A stretch of DNA of 64,000 nucleotides from Candidatus Iainarchaeum sp. (GTDB taxonomy: Archaea > Iainarchaeota > Iainarchaeia > Iainarchaeales > VGJJ01): contig VGJJ01000001.1 in assembly GCA_016867455.1 (NCBI GenBank), positions 3,337 to 67,336 of the forward strand. Direction: 5' to 3'. Positions 63,793-64,000 of this stretch are shown piece by piece. The translations under genes and the position numbers were made by a program. Position 1 is the stretch's first letter. Every line of letters begins with the position of its first letter. The notes under the pieces are model-generated. The model searched no databases and was not told the origin of the DNA. It saw only the letters and a program-made list of their open reading frames with translations.

Positions 63793-64000
63793 GATGCCAA
63801 CCCCAAATAGGAAATCGCACTGGTGCTTGTCACATAATTAATCCAAAAAACAGCAAGGGTAATGGCAATAACCACTAGCTGCATTCCTAGAATAATGAGA
63901 ACCACTTGTTTTTCCGTAAAATTTCCCATCCGCATTACTACGTGGGTTAGGCTTCCTATTTTTTCTGGTGCACGCAGTGTTCCATCCGGCTGTATTTTTC
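63789..64000 (-). CDS. Partial CDS (C-terminus of a membrane protein, possibly the TM tail of a GT2/GtrA-like protein); continues beyond the window
   Basis: Hand translation of the minus strand gives ...KQVVLIILGMQLVVIAITLAVFWINYVTSTSAISYLGLAS* with its TGA overlapping the Alg14-like ATG (ATGA). Confidence 0.4.
   Translation of the reverse strand, partial: KIQPDGTLRAPEKIGSLTHVVMRMGNFTEKQVVLIILGMQLVVIAITLAVFWINYVTSTSAISYLGLAS

Noticed and set aside
1-64000. Integrase, transposase, IS element, or toxin-antitoxin pair
   Set aside because: No ORF shows tyrosine or serine recombinase, DDE transposase or common TA-family motifs. The mobile-element hypotheses rest only on the att-like repeats.

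Overview
This 64-kb window looks archaeal and is densely coded. Archaeal markers are ribosomal protein L44e, a RecJ/GAN-type DHH nuclease, a Rad50-like ATPase with a CPIC zinc hook, geranylgeranyl reductase and Alg13/Alg14-like transferases. The leading ~28 kb carries mixed housekeeping and surface genes: a Cys-type sulfatase, a dxr-ispH-ispE (MEP pathway) cluster, a RecJ-like nuclease, Rad50/SMC, L44e, two paralogous small secreted proteins, a beta-helix surface protein, a very large HerA/FtsK-type ATPase, tRNA-Ser, tRNA-Ala, tRNA-Gln, ferredoxin, pyrG, an IMPase-like gene, GGR, a ~930-aa Thr/Gly-rich surface protein and htpX. The trailing ~31 kb (about 32.3-64 kb) is one large glycan-biosynthesis locus. 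It encodes GT2, GT4, GT-C-like and Alg13/Alg14-like transferases, RmlA/RmlB and other sugar-nucleotide SDR enzymes, a Wzx-type flippase, two UPF0104-family membrane proteins, three SAM methyltransferases, three cobalamin-binding radical-SAM enzymes and one SPASM-type radical-SAM enzyme. The least explained sequence is non-coding. Both tRNA-Ala and tRNA-Ser are followed by a conserved two-hairpin trailer and then a second copy of their own 3' end (an att-like direct repeat). A 121-nt unit is exactly duplicated near tRNA-Ala. A family of at least five T-tract-terminated two-hairpin sRNA-like elements and a recurring GATC-containing AT-rich palindrome sit around the tRNAs and at gene 3' ends. No CRISPR array, integrase or transposase was recognisable. 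Most minus/plus-strand ORFs nested inside large genes are treated as spurious.
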